Assembly: GCA_965237905.1 (NCBI GenBank)
Contig: OZ250172.1
Location: 1,408,001-1,472,000 of the forward strand
Direction of reading: 5' to 3'
Origin: Nitrospinaceae bacterium
GTDB lineage: Bacteria > Nitrospinota > Nitrospinia > Nitrospinales > Nitrospinaceae
Length of the DNA stretch: 64,000 nucleotides
Positions 48,853 through 57,985 of this stretch are shown here, in pieces. The notes under the pieces are model-generated. The model was not told the origin of the DNA. It saw only the letters and a list, made by a program, of their open reading frames with translations, and searched no databases. How positions within the stretch are numbered: position 1 is the stretch's first letter; every line of letters starts with the position of its first letter. The position numbers were made by a program, and so were the translations under genes.

Positions 48853-48979
48853 AGGACTATTGTAAGCCATCGCCGGATAACGCCAAACCCTATCTTGAAG
48901 TCCGGTGGATTATTGGCTGGATTTTAGCTACACTACGGCGTTCTGACTGCACGTTACAACCCCTGAGGAATTCACACAG

Positions 48980-51481
48980 ATGCCCAATTACGACCCCAAA
49001 ATAATCGAAGCCAAGTGGCAAAAACACTGGGAGAAGGAGAAATCCTTCAAGGTGGAGGACGATCCCTCGAAGCCCAAATATTACCTGCTGGAGATGTTCC
49101 CTTATCCCTCCGGCAGGATCCACATGGGCCATGTGCGCAACTACACCATCGGCGACGCGCTGGCACGCTTCAAGTGGATGAAGGGCCTGAACGTCCTGCA
49201 TCCCATCGGCTGGGACTCGTTCGGCATGCCCGCGGAAAACGCGGCGATCCAGAACAAATCGCATCCCAACACCTGGACGCACGAAAACATCAAAACCATG
49301 ACCGCGCAGATCAAGCGCCTCGGTCTCAGCTACGACTGGGACCGCGAAATCGCCACCTGCGAACCGGAGTATTACCAGTGGAACCAGTGGTGCTTCCTGA
49401 AATTTCTGGAGCGCGGCCTGGTCTACCGCAAAAACTCCGAGGTCAACTGGTGCGAATCCTGCAACACGGTGCTGGCCAACGAACAGGTGGTGGACGGCCT
49501 GTGCTGGCGGTGCGACAACGAGGTCATCCAGAAACAGCTGGAGGGCTGGTTCTTCAAAATCACCGACTACGCCGACCGCCTGCTGGAAGGTCTGCAGGAT
49601 TTGGAGCAGGGCTGGCCGGAACAGGTGCGGACCATGCAGGCCAACTGGATCGGCAAGAGTACTGGCGCGGAAGTCGATTTCCAGATCAAAGACGCGAAAG
49701 AATCGATCAAAGTGTTCACGACGCGCCCGGACACGCTGTACGGCGCGACCTTCATGGTGCTGGCGCCGGAACATCCGTTGACGCATTCCCTGTCGCGCGG
49801 AACGAAACAGGAAAAGGCGATTGATGCGTTCATCAAAAAAGTGAAAAGCCAGGACAAGATCGCACGCACCAGTGAAGGCGGCGAAAAGCTTGGCGTGTTT
49901 ACCGGAGCGTACGCCGTCAATCCGCTCAACGGCGAAACCATCCCGATATGGACCGCCAACTTCGTGCTGATGGATTACGGCACCGGCGCCATCATGTCCG
50001 TGCCCGCGCACGATCACCGCGACTTCGAGTTCTCCAAAAAATATGACCTGCCCATCCGCGTTGTCATCCTGCCGCCCGACGGCAATACGAATGCCGACGA
50101 CTTGAAGGAGGCCATGACCGAGTTGGGGCCGATGACTCAATCCGGTGCGTTCGACGGACTGGCGGGGGACGAGGCCAAGCAGAAAGTCTGCGAACATTTG
50201 CAATCGAAAAAAATCGGGAAGGCGACGGTACAGTTCCGCCTGCGTGACTGGGGCGTGTCGCGGCAACGTTACTGGGGCACACCGGTGCCGATTATTTTTT
50301 GTGAGAAATGCGGCACAGTGCCGGTTCCTTACAAGGACCTGCCGGTGATTCTGCCGCTCGACGCGCAATTGGGAGACAAGGGCCAGTCGCCGCTCAAATC
50401 ACTCGATTCGTTTATCAACGTGCAGTGTCCGAAATGCAAAGCTCCGGCAAAACGTGAAACTGATACGCTCGACACCTTCATCTGCTCGTCATGGTACTTC
50501 GACCGCTTCACCTCGCCGCACGAGAAGAAGGCACCGTTTTCCAAAGAGAGCATCCAGTACTGGATGCCGGTGGACCAGTACATCGGCGGCATCGAGCACG
50601 CCATCCTGCATCTTTTGTATTCGCGCTTTTTTCATCATGTGTTCCGAGACATGGGTCTGATCAAAGCGAAGGAACCGTTTGCTCACCTGTTGACGCAGGG
50701 CATGGTGATCAAGGACGGCGCGAAGATGTCGAAGTCTAAAGGCAATGTGGTGGACCCGGACAATATCATTGATCGGTACGGAGCGGACACGGCGCGGCTG
50801 TTCATCCTGTTCGCCGCCCCACCCACAAAACAACTGGAATGGAGCGACCAGGGAGTGGAAGGGGGTTCGCGGTTTTTGAAACGCGTGTGGCGTTTGTTTG
50901 ACGAAGCGGTGAATTTCCTCCGGGTGATGCCCATCGATATGGATACCCAGGGAGACCTCCCAAAAGAACTGAAGGAGTTGCGCCGTCAAATCCATACCGC
51001 TATCAAACGCGTTACGGAGGACATCGAAAAGCGCATGCAGTTCAATACCGCCATCGCCGCCATCATGGAATTCGTGAATCATCTGTATGCGTTCCGCGAA
51101 TGGTGGGATAAGCAGATCGAGCCGCCGGTTCTGGGTTGCCTTTTGCTCAGGGAAGCGATGGAGACGTTGATTCTACTGCTCGCGCCGTTCGCCCCGCACA
51201 TCGCAGAAGAAATGCGGGAACAGATGGGACATCCGGGAACCACCCATCAAGCCGCCTGGCCGGAGTATAATGAAACATTTTTAAAGGCCGACGAAATTGA
51301 GATTGTCGTGCAGGTCAACGGCAAAGTGCGGCAGAAACTTTTAGTATCAGAGAGCATCGACGAAGCGTCGCTCAAAGTGAAAAGCCTGGAGGATCCGCGC
51401 ATTCAGGAATGGACCAACGGCAAAGAGGTTAAAAAAGTCATCGTAGTTCCCAAAAAACTGATCAACATCGTGGTGAAATAA
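48980..51481 (+). CDS. leuS: leucyl-tRNA synthetase
   Basis: MFPYPSGRIHMGH, KMSKS, VQVNGKVR. Confidence 0.99.
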   Translation: MPNYDPKIIEAKWQKHWEKEKSFKVEDDPSKPKYYLLEMFPYPSGRIHMGHVRNYTIGDALARFKWMKGLNVLHPIGWDSFGMPAENAAIQNKSHPNTWTHENIKTMTAQIKRLGLSYDWDREIATCEPEYYQWNQWCFLKFLERGLVYRKNSEVNWCESCNTVLANEQVVDGLCWRCDNEVIQKQLEGWFFKITDYADRLLEGLQDLEQGWPEQVRTMQANWIGKSTGAEVDFQIKDAKESIKVFTTRPDTLYGATFMVLAPEHPLTHSLSRGTKQEKAIDAFIKKVKSQDKIARTSEGGEKLGVFTGAYAVNPLNGETIPIWTANFVLMDYGTGAIMSVPAHDHRDFEFSKKYDLPIRVVILPPDGNTNADDLKEAMTELGPMTQSGAFDGLAGDEAKQKVCEHLQSKKIGKATVQFRLRDWGVSRQRYWGTPVPIIFCEKCGTVPVPYKDLPVILPLDAQLGDKGQSPLKSLDSFINVQCPKCKAPAKRETDTLDTFICSSWYFDRFTSPHEKKAPFSKESIQYWMPVDQYIGGIEHAILHLLYSRFFHHVFRDMGLIKAKEPFAHLLTQGMVIKDGAKMSKSKGNVVDPDNIIDRYGADTARLFILFAAPPTKQLEWSDQGVEGGSRFLKRVWRLFDEAVNFLRVMPIDMDTQGDLPKELKELRRQIHTAIKRVTEDIEKRMQFNTAIAAIMEFVNHLYAFREWWDKQIEPPVLGCLLLREAMETLILLLAPFAPHIAEEMREQMGHPGTTHQAAWPEYNETFLKADEIEIVVQVNGKVRQKLLVSESIDEASLKVKSLEDPRIQEWTNGKEVKKVIVVPKKLINIVVK

Positions 51482-51491
51482 GGAAGAGCGC

Positions 51492-52013
51492 ATGAACGCC
51501 CATAAAACAATTTGGCTTGGCCTGCTGTTGTCGCTGACCTTGTGGGGATGCGGCTACCAAATGGCCGGTCGGGGTGCCAGCCAATTGCCCCCGCACCTGA
51601 AAACCATCGCCATCCCCGTATTTGAAAACAATTCCAGCGAACCCACTATCCAGCGGCCCTTCACTGAAGCGCTCCGGCGCGCGTTCATCACCGATGGACG
51701 GGTACAGCTGGTGAACAATAAGTCGGGGGCAGACCTGGTGGTGACCGGGACCCTCACCAAATATTGGATTCGCGCCGTAGCGTTCAATAGCTTGGATGTC
51801 GCCATTGAATACTGGGTATACCTGGAGGCGGACGTTCTGGTCAAGGACCAGGTGAAAAACCAGACCTACCTTCAACAAAAATTAAAAACCCGCTGGGAAT
51901 ACCTGGCCGATGACAGCGTCACCACCTCGGAAGCCGCACGCCAGGAAGCCCTGACGCAAACCTACCGGGTGCTGTCCCAGCGCCTGGTCAGCCTGGTCAA
52001 CGATAAATTTTAA
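51492..52013 (+). CDS. lptE: LPS assembly lipoprotein LptE-like
   Basis: Lipobox LWGC followed by GY; conserved leuS-lptE-holA order. Confidence 0.85.
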   Translation: MNAHKTIWLGLLLSLTLWGCGYQMAGRGASQLPPHLKTIAIPVFENNSSEPTIQRPFTEALRRAFITDGRVQLVNNKSGADLVVTGTLTKYWIRAVAFNSLDVAIEYWVYLEADVLVKDQVKNQTYLQQKLKTRWEYLADDSVTTSEAARQEALTQTYRVLSQRLVSLVNDKF

Positions 52014-52025
52014 AGAGAGTCGAAC

Positions 52026-53030
52026 GTGACGGCATTGGAATTGATTCAACAACTCGAGTCGGGCACACCGCATCCTGTTTATTTTCTTTACGGAGAAGAG
52101 GACTTTCCCCAGAGGGAACTGGTCGCGGCGTTGACGCGGCGCTGGATCACTCCCGACAACCGGGATTTCAATTTCGAAACCTTCGAGGCGAAAACCAGCA
52201 CGGTCTACGAATGGATCGGCGCCTGCAAAACGCTTTCATTTTTTGGCGGGGAAAAACTGGTGATCGTGCGCGGTCTGGACGAATTCAAATGGGATGACGC
52301 GAACGTTCCGCCTCTACTCGACTATGTATCCGATCCCGTGCCGGACGCCTGCCTGGTGTTGACCGCCCGCAAGGCCGACCGCAAACGAAAAATCTATAAG
52401 GGCCTGACCAAAATAAAAGGCGCCGGGGAATGCATCGCGCCCCGCGAGGCGGCCCTGATCCCCTGGATCAGAAACCGCGCGAAAGAATTGGGACGCGCAT
52501 TGAGCGCGGGAGCGGCACGGTTGATGGTCGAACGGGTAGGACTCAAACCGGGTCTGTTGGCGGGCGAGCTGGAAAAGGTCATCACCTTTGCCGGGCAAGC
52601 CCAATCGATCGATGAGCAAGCCGTTAGAGAAGTGGTCGGGGAAACGCGGCTGGAAAACGTGTTTGCTATGACCGATGCGCTCAAATCCAAGAACACCGCG
52701 CAAGCCCTCAAGGTGCTCCGTAACCAGTTGGCGCACGGCGAGGAACCGGTCAAATTGCTGGGAACGATCTCCTGGCAATTCCGTTTGATCTGGGAGGTGA
52801 AGTATCATCAAACCACGGGCACGCCGCCTTCGCGCATCGCGCAGAAAATGGGGATCCAGCCGTTCCTGGCGGATCAGGCCCTGCGGTACACGGGGAAATT
52901 CAGTGAAGGACAATTACGGGATGGATTTCGAAGTTTGTTCCGGGCGGACCGGGAACTGAAAGGCTCCGGCAAGGCGCCGGAGGGGATTCTTGAGACGTTG
53001 GTACTGAGGTTATGCTCAACCGGCGGCTGA
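52026..53030 (+). CDS. holA: DNA polymerase III delta subunit
   Basis: PVYFLYGEE, ELEKV, DRELKGS; synteny. Confidence 0.93.
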   Translation: MTALELIQQLESGTPHPVYFLYGEEDFPQRELVAALTRRWITPDNRDFNFETFEAKTSTVYEWIGACKTLSFFGGEKLVIVRGLDEFKWDDANVPPLLDYVSDPVPDACLVLTARKADRKRKIYKGLTKIKGAGECIAPREAALIPWIRNRAKELGRALSAGAARLMVERVGLKPGLLAGELEKVITFAGQAQSIDEQAVREVVGETRLENVFAMTDALKSKNTAQALKVLRNQLAHGEEPVKLLGTISWQFRLIWEVKYHQTTGTPPSRIAQKMGIQPFLADQALRYTGKFSEGQLRDGFRSLFRADRELKGSGKAPEGILETLVLRLCSTGG

Positions 53031-53288
53031 CAGCTGATTAACCTTTTTAGCGAGACCGGAAATTTTCCGGGACGCGGCACGGGAATGAAGCACTCCCTTA
53101 CTGGCTACTTTTGCAATAACTGTCGTAGCTTCCTTCAAACTCTTCTGAGCTTCTTCTACATTTTTCTCTTCCACGGCAGTGAGCACCTTCTTGGTATGGC
53201 TTTTTATCTGCGTACGGAGACCCCTGTTGCGGATACTGCGTTGCTCGTTTTGCCGGTTGCGTTTGATAGCGGACTTATGATTTGCCAA
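53016..53288 (-). CDS. rpsT: 30S ribosomal protein S20
   Basis: ANHKSAIKR, KGVLHSRAASRKIS; TTG start with GGAGG RBS. Confidence 0.97.
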   Translation of the reverse strand: MANHKSAIKRNRQNEQRSIRNRGLRTQIKSHTKKVLTAVEEKNVEEAQKSLKEATTVIAKVASKGVLHSRAASRKISGLAKKVNQLSAAG

Positions 53289-53471
53289 TTAATTAAACCT
53301 CCATAACGGATAAATATTTCCAACGGAAGGGAGTATTGTATCCCATTAGTTTGGATTAGAACAGAGTTTAGTTTTTTACACTTTCCCGGAAGGGGTTGCA
53401 AGTATTTTCAAACAGCGGCGCCAGGGAAAATAAGTAAACCCTTTTATTAAAATAAGTTAGGGAAGTCCCGC

Positions 53472-54155
53472 CTAACCCTCGGCCAGGCCCCTCAAGCTGT
53501 TTTCCAACCTCTTGTATTCATAAATCAGCTGATCGAACCAGAAGAGAATGAGAGGCGTGTTCCCGGCATCCGCGGTCCATTCCAGGTTTTGGCTAACGAA
53601 GCGGAACGATCCAGCTGCTACATTCAAAGCCGACCCTTTCATTAAATGAGCAGATTCCATAACGGCTTTCCAATCCTTTTCTTCCATGCCCCGCATCAGT
53701 TTTTCGAGGCGCACTGGGCCGTCCTTGAGAAGAATTCCCGCGATTTCGCGAAGCAGGTCTTCGTCGTCATCGCAAATTTCCAAGGCCGCATCGTGATTGA
53801 TAGTCTCCGATTCCGGGGGCGCCCCGTGCAAATCCGGGAATACAACCACATCAGTTTTATCAAGCGGTATTGGAAAAAAGTGATCGATTCCAGCCGCCGC
53901 ACCCTGCTGGACTCCCAATGCTATCACCAAAGGAGGAGTTTTCGCTCCGAGCGATTGCCGCCATTCGGAAAACGTTTTGAGTGGTTCACCGGCAATCTGC
54001 TCCGGTCCCAACACCAGGATCTGGCAAACGGACCCATCCAGAAATTCTCTCACCTCGGACAAGGTCTCGACGGCCTGAACCAGGTGACCGTTGAGCTCCA
54101 GAGATTTGAGGATGTTGATCCGTTCGCTGTCGTTATCGATGACCAGAATTTTCAT
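53472..54155 (-). CDS. degenerate receiver-like domain plus Hpt domain protein
   Basis: MKILVIDND receiver-like start; Hpt motif AHLMKGSALNVAA. Confidence 0.75.
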   Translation of the reverse strand: MKILVIDNDSERINILKSLELNGHLVQAVETLSEVREFLDGSVCQILVLGPEQIAGEPLKTFSEWRQSLGAKTPPLVIALGVQQGAAAGIDHFFPIPLDKTDVVVFPDLHGAPPESETINHDAALEICDDDEDLLREIAGILLKDGPVRLEKLMRGMEEKDWKAVMESAHLMKGSALNVAAGSFRFVSQNLEWTADAGNTPLILFWFDQLIYEYKRLENSLRGLAEG

Positions 54156-54392
54156 GAAGGGTAAAATGCACCTGGCAAGAAGAGGGATGGCAGGAAGGAT
54201 ATCCCGGAATGTTCCAACTTTTCTCAAATGTTGCGGAGCATCCTTAGCTACCGCAAAAGCGCACGCCTGTTGATTCCAAAATACCGCCCCCGGCACCGGG
54301 TAGCAAGTTTTTTTATTGGATTCAGGATAAAGGGCACCTGCGTTCTGATATGATAACCGTAACAATCTCTTCATTATATAGTGACCCTTTTC

Positions 54393-55358
54393 ATGGCTAG
54401 TCAGAATCCCGAATCCAAAATCAAGGTCGGCGTCAGCAGTTGCCTGCTGGGCGAAAAGGTGCGCTGGGACGGGGGCCACACACAGGACCCTTTCCTGAAA
54501 GACCTGCTGGGGCCATTGTTTGAATGGGTGCCGACCTGCCCCGAGGTGGAAATCGGCATGGGCATCCCGCGCGAGACGGTACAGTTGACGGGAAACCTTA
54601 AGACACCGCGCATGGTCGGCAATACCACCGGAACCGACTGGACCCAGCGCATGAATCGCTATTCCAAAAAGCGCCCCGCCGAGTTGGCGAACATGAATCT
54701 GTGCGGATACATTTTTAAATCGAAATCCCCCTCCTGCGGCATCTCCCGTATCAAAGTGTACGGGAATGACGGCCCCCCAGCGTCGAACGGAAACGGCCTG
54801 TTCGCCGGAGCGTTCATGCGACAATGCGCTCTGGTTCCGGTGGAGGACGAAGGCCGCCTGCACGACACACGGATTCGTGAAAACTTTATCACGCGCGTGT
54901 TTGCCTATCACCGCCTGGCGCAACTATTGAATGGTCGATTGTCGCGCAAGGCGTTGGTGGAGTTTCATACGGTGCACAAGTGTCTGCTTCTCGCCCACAG
55001 CCGCAAATATTACGACGCGCTCGGGAAGCTGGTCGCCAACGCCAAGCAATATACTCCTGCGGAGTTGAAACGCCGTTACGCCGAAGTTTTCATGCAAACC
55101 CTCTCTTTCAAGACCACGACAAAGAAGAACGCCGCCGTTTTAAATTACATGCTCCGGATTTTAAATAAGTCGCTATCGGAAACGGAGAAGCAAAACCTCA
55201 TCCAAATTATCGAGGACTACTGCAACGGATCGGCACCATTAAACAAACCCGTCACACTGATCAAGCGCCACGCCCGCAAACACAAAGTCGACACTCTGGC
55301 CGACCAAGTCTACCTTAATCACCATCCGAAAGAGCTGATGCTCCGTAACCATGTGTAA
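54393..55358 (+). CDS. DUF523/DUF1722 (YbbK/YbgA) family protein
   Basis: VGVSSCLLGEKVRWDG, CPEVEIGMGIPRE, KSPSCG, PKELMLRNHV. Confidence 0.9.
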   Translation: MASQNPESKIKVGVSSCLLGEKVRWDGGHTQDPFLKDLLGPLFEWVPTCPEVEIGMGIPRETVQLTGNLKTPRMVGNTTGTDWTQRMNRYSKKRPAELANMNLCGYIFKSKSPSCGISRIKVYGNDGPPASNGNGLFAGAFMRQCALVPVEDEGRLHDTRIRENFITRVFAYHRLAQLLNGRLSRKALVEFHTVHKCLLLAHSRKYYDALGKLVANAKQYTPAELKRRYAEVFMQTLSFKTTTKKNAAVLNYMLRILNKSLSETEKQNLIQIIEDYCNGSAPLNKPVTLIKRHARKHKVDTLADQVYLNHHPKELMLRNHV

Positions 55359-55394
55359 CTTTCCGGCAGGGGTTCGATTCTTCCCGGCTCTACT
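55357..55394 (+). other. degenerate tmRNA/tRNA 3'-end-like fragment (possible att scar)
   Basis: TTTCCGGCAGGGGTTCGATTCTTCCCGGCTCTACT: T-arm plus acceptor 3' strand only. Confidence 0.5.
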
Positions 55395-55565
55395 TTTAAA
55401 TACAATGTTCTATGGGATTATTCCTCAGAGGACACCGATCATTTTTGAGGAATTTACAACCATTCTTTTTGCTTACCTGAAAAACATTGATGTTCAAATA
55501 AAAAGCTTTTATAGTCATTTTTTTAATAACACAGCCGGATTTTCGGACGCATGGAGGAGTAGATC

Positions 55566-56060
55566 ATGAAATTGATGAAGTGGATGCTATCAACAGGTGT
55601 GTTAATTTTTGGAATAGCCGTATACACGCCCTCTTTCGCCCAAGGAAGTTTGGATACCCATAAAGAGGAAATTGAGCTAACGCGAGCCGTTATTAAGGTC
55701 AAAAATAAACAGATCGTTGCTAAAAATATGAACTTGAACTCATTTGAGAAAGGTAAATTCTGGGCGGTGTATCGAGAATACCAGAGCAAAATGGATTCAG
55801 TAAGGGACAGGCGGGTCAAATTAATCACGGATTATGCTGATACCCTAAAAAGCGGCAGTCTGACCGATGAAAAAGCCTTGGAAATGCTAAACGAATATCT
55901 CTCGTATGAACGCGTGAGACTGATCATCAAGCAATCCTTTGTGGATAAGTTCAAAGAAGTTTTACCTTCCAGGAAAGTCGCCCGCTTTTTTCAGATCGAG
56001 AACAAATTGGAGGCTATTGTTAATTTTGATCTTGCCAAGCAGATTCCTTTAGTGCAATGA
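55566..56060 (+). CDS. exported alpha-helical hypothetical protein
   Basis: GGAGGAG RBS, signal peptide ending ...PSFA, FWAVYREY motif. Confidence 0.75.
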   Translation: MKLMKWMLSTGVLIFGIAVYTPSFAQGSLDTHKEEIELTRAVIKVKNKQIVAKNMNLNSFEKGKFWAVYREYQSKMDSVRDRRVKLITDYADTLKSGSLTDEKALEMLNEYLSYERVRLIIKQSFVDKFKEVLPSRKVARFFQIENKLEAIVNFDLAKQIPLVQ

Positions 56061-56079
56061 ACAATCAGGAGCTGATGCC

Positions 56080-56580
56080 GTGTATTTAGATTTAGCTTTG
56101 CTTGCTGGTTGCGCCCTCCTATTCAGTTGCGTGGCTGGCGCTGTTGAGAAATCACGCCTTACGGGTCCAATGGTATTTGAGGAACTTTTACGGGCAGCTG
56201 AAGGAACGGGTGAGACGTTTGCTTTGGTGACATGGGTGTTATTTGGGTCAGCGGTTGTTGGGCGTTCTATAAATTACCTTGACTGGTCGATCGTGGGTTA
56301 TGCCATCCTGAGTCTAACCGTCATACGCATATTGCCGGTATATATTTCCCTGGTGGGCGTCGATATTAATACTGAAGGAAAACTATTTTTAGGCTGGTTT
56401 GGTCCTCGTGGACTCGCCAGTATTGTTTTTGGTGTTATCGTACTCAATGCGGGATTGCCGCATGGAGATACTATAACCGTTACGGTTGCACTCACGGTTA
56501 TGCTTAGCATTTTAGTCCATGGAGTTATCGCCAACCCTTGGGCCAGGGCATTAGGAAACCGCCTCAAGTCCGGGACGTAA
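56080..56580 (+). pseudogene. internally deleted CPA1 cation:proton antiporter
   Basis: N-terminal 33 aa (...LTGPMVF) fused to the C-terminal part containing GWFGPRGLASIVF; only 166 aa. Confidence 0.7.
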
Positions 56581-56624
56581 CACAAGTACATTGAATAGAG
56601 CACAATCCGTTGGGGGAGACACAT

Positions 56625-56990
56625 ATGCTCGATTACATTTCACTTGGAATTTTGGTTTTTGCATTTATCGTCCTTTTTTATGGGATTATTGCGATACATG
56701 ATATTCCATACGAGATATCCGTTCATCGCAACCATCCCCATCAGGACGCGATTCATGTTGCCGGTTGGATCAGTCTTTTTACCCTTCACGCCATTTGGCC
56801 TTTCCTTTGGATTTGGGCAACCCTTTACCGCGAAGATCGAGGGTGGGGTTTTGCAAAAAACAAAGCCGAAGGCGACCCTTCAGTTAATTTTGAGGAACAA
56901 CTTTCCCAGCTGAATGAACGGATCAATAAACTCGAACAGCAAACCCGCGCGGCACCTGCTAAGAATAAATTAAGCAAGGAGGCGGAATAA
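56625..56990 (+). CDS. DUF3302 (YiaW/YibI-like) membrane protein
   Basis: IHDIPYEI..RNHPHQDAIHVAGWISLFTLHAIWPFLWIWA. Confidence 0.88.
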   Translation: MLDYISLGILVFAFIVLFYGIIAIHDIPYEISVHRNHPHQDAIHVAGWISLFTLHAIWPFLWIWATLYREDRGWGFAKNKAEGDPSVNFEEQLSQLNERINKLEQQTRAAPAKNKLSKEAE

Positions 56991-57949
56991 TGGATTTACT
57001 TCTCATCCTCACCTATGCCGCCGTCTGTATTACCGTCTTTAAAGTCTTTAAAATCCCGCTCAACAAATGGAGCGTGCCGACTGCAGTATTGGGAGGCATT
57101 TTCCTCATTGGTGCGCTCATTTTTATTATGAACTACAATCATCCCTATTCAGAAATCTGCCGGCAGTATTTTGTTACCACCCCCATTGTGCCTACTGTGA
57201 GCGGAAGAGTGGTGGAGGTTCCTGTAAAAGGGAACGCTAAGCTCAAGAAAGGAGATGTTCTGTTTCGCATAGATTCAGAACCTTATCAAAACAAGGTTGC
57301 CTCGATCAAATCACGTTTACTGGGCGCCAAAGCGGATTTTAAGCGAGCGGGAGAATTATATAAACGGAAAGCCGGCAAGAAACGCGATCTTGATTTGGCA
57401 ACCTCAAAATATAATGATCTTCGAGCTCAATTTGCACAGGCAAAATATGAGCTGGACGAGACGACCATGCGGGCACCGACCGAGGGCTATGTCACTCAGG
57501 TAACCTTGAGGCCAGGCATGATGGCGGTGAGTCTTCCTTTGAGACCGGTTATGGTCTTTGTGCATAGTGAGGACCATTATCTGGTAGCCTGGTTTCGTCA
57601 AAATAGTCTTCTTCGTCTTGAAGTAGGGAGCGAAGCAGAAGTTGCCTATGATAGTGTGCCGGGAAAGGTGTTTGCCGGCACAATCGAATTGGTGTTGCCG
57701 GCATTGGCGGAAGGTCAGGTGCAGCCATCGGGAAACCTGGTTAGTCCGCAGATGGCACCGAGGCCGGGCCGCGTACCGGTTCTTATAAAAATCACCGATC
57801 CCGAATATGTAAACTATTCCGCTCAAATTCCCGGCGGAGCCTTCGCGCAAGCGGCTGTGTATAGCGAACATTTTCACCATGTGGCAATCATGAGAAAGGT
57901 TCTATTAAGGATGTCTGCCTGGATGAATTTCATCTTTCCTTTTCATTAA
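56990..57949 (+). CDS. HlyD-family membrane fusion protein (YiaV/YibH-like)
   Basis: MDLLLILTY...IPLNKWSVPTAVLGG, lipoyl-like VSGRVVEV...KKGDVLFRID. Confidence 0.9.
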   Translation: MDLLLILTYAAVCITVFKVFKIPLNKWSVPTAVLGGIFLIGALIFIMNYNHPYSEICRQYFVTTPIVPTVSGRVVEVPVKGNAKLKKGDVLFRIDSEPYQNKVASIKSRLLGAKADFKRAGELYKRKAGKKRDLDLATSKYNDLRAQFAQAKYELDETTMRAPTEGYVTQVTLRPGMMAVSLPLRPVMVFVHSEDHYLVAWFRQNSLLRLEVGSEAEVAYDSVPGKVFAGTIELVLPALAEGQVQPSGNLVSPQMAPRPGRVPVLIKITDPEYVNYSAQIPGGAFAQAAVYSEHFHHVAIMRKVLLRMSAWMNFIFPFH

Positions 57950-57985
57950 CCACAGTTGACCCTGAATATGGGAGCCTGAATTCCT

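Noticed and set aside
48890..50368. 492-aa ORF antisense to leuS, and similar long + strand ORFs opposite prfA, tuf, fusA, rpoB, rpoC and rplAK
   Set aside because: Shadow frames produced by codon bias of conserved genes; no recognisable motifs
54156..54923. N-terminal half of the 483-aa ORF
   Set aside because: Largely antisense to the DUF523/1722 gene; the real protein starts at MKILVID (54155)
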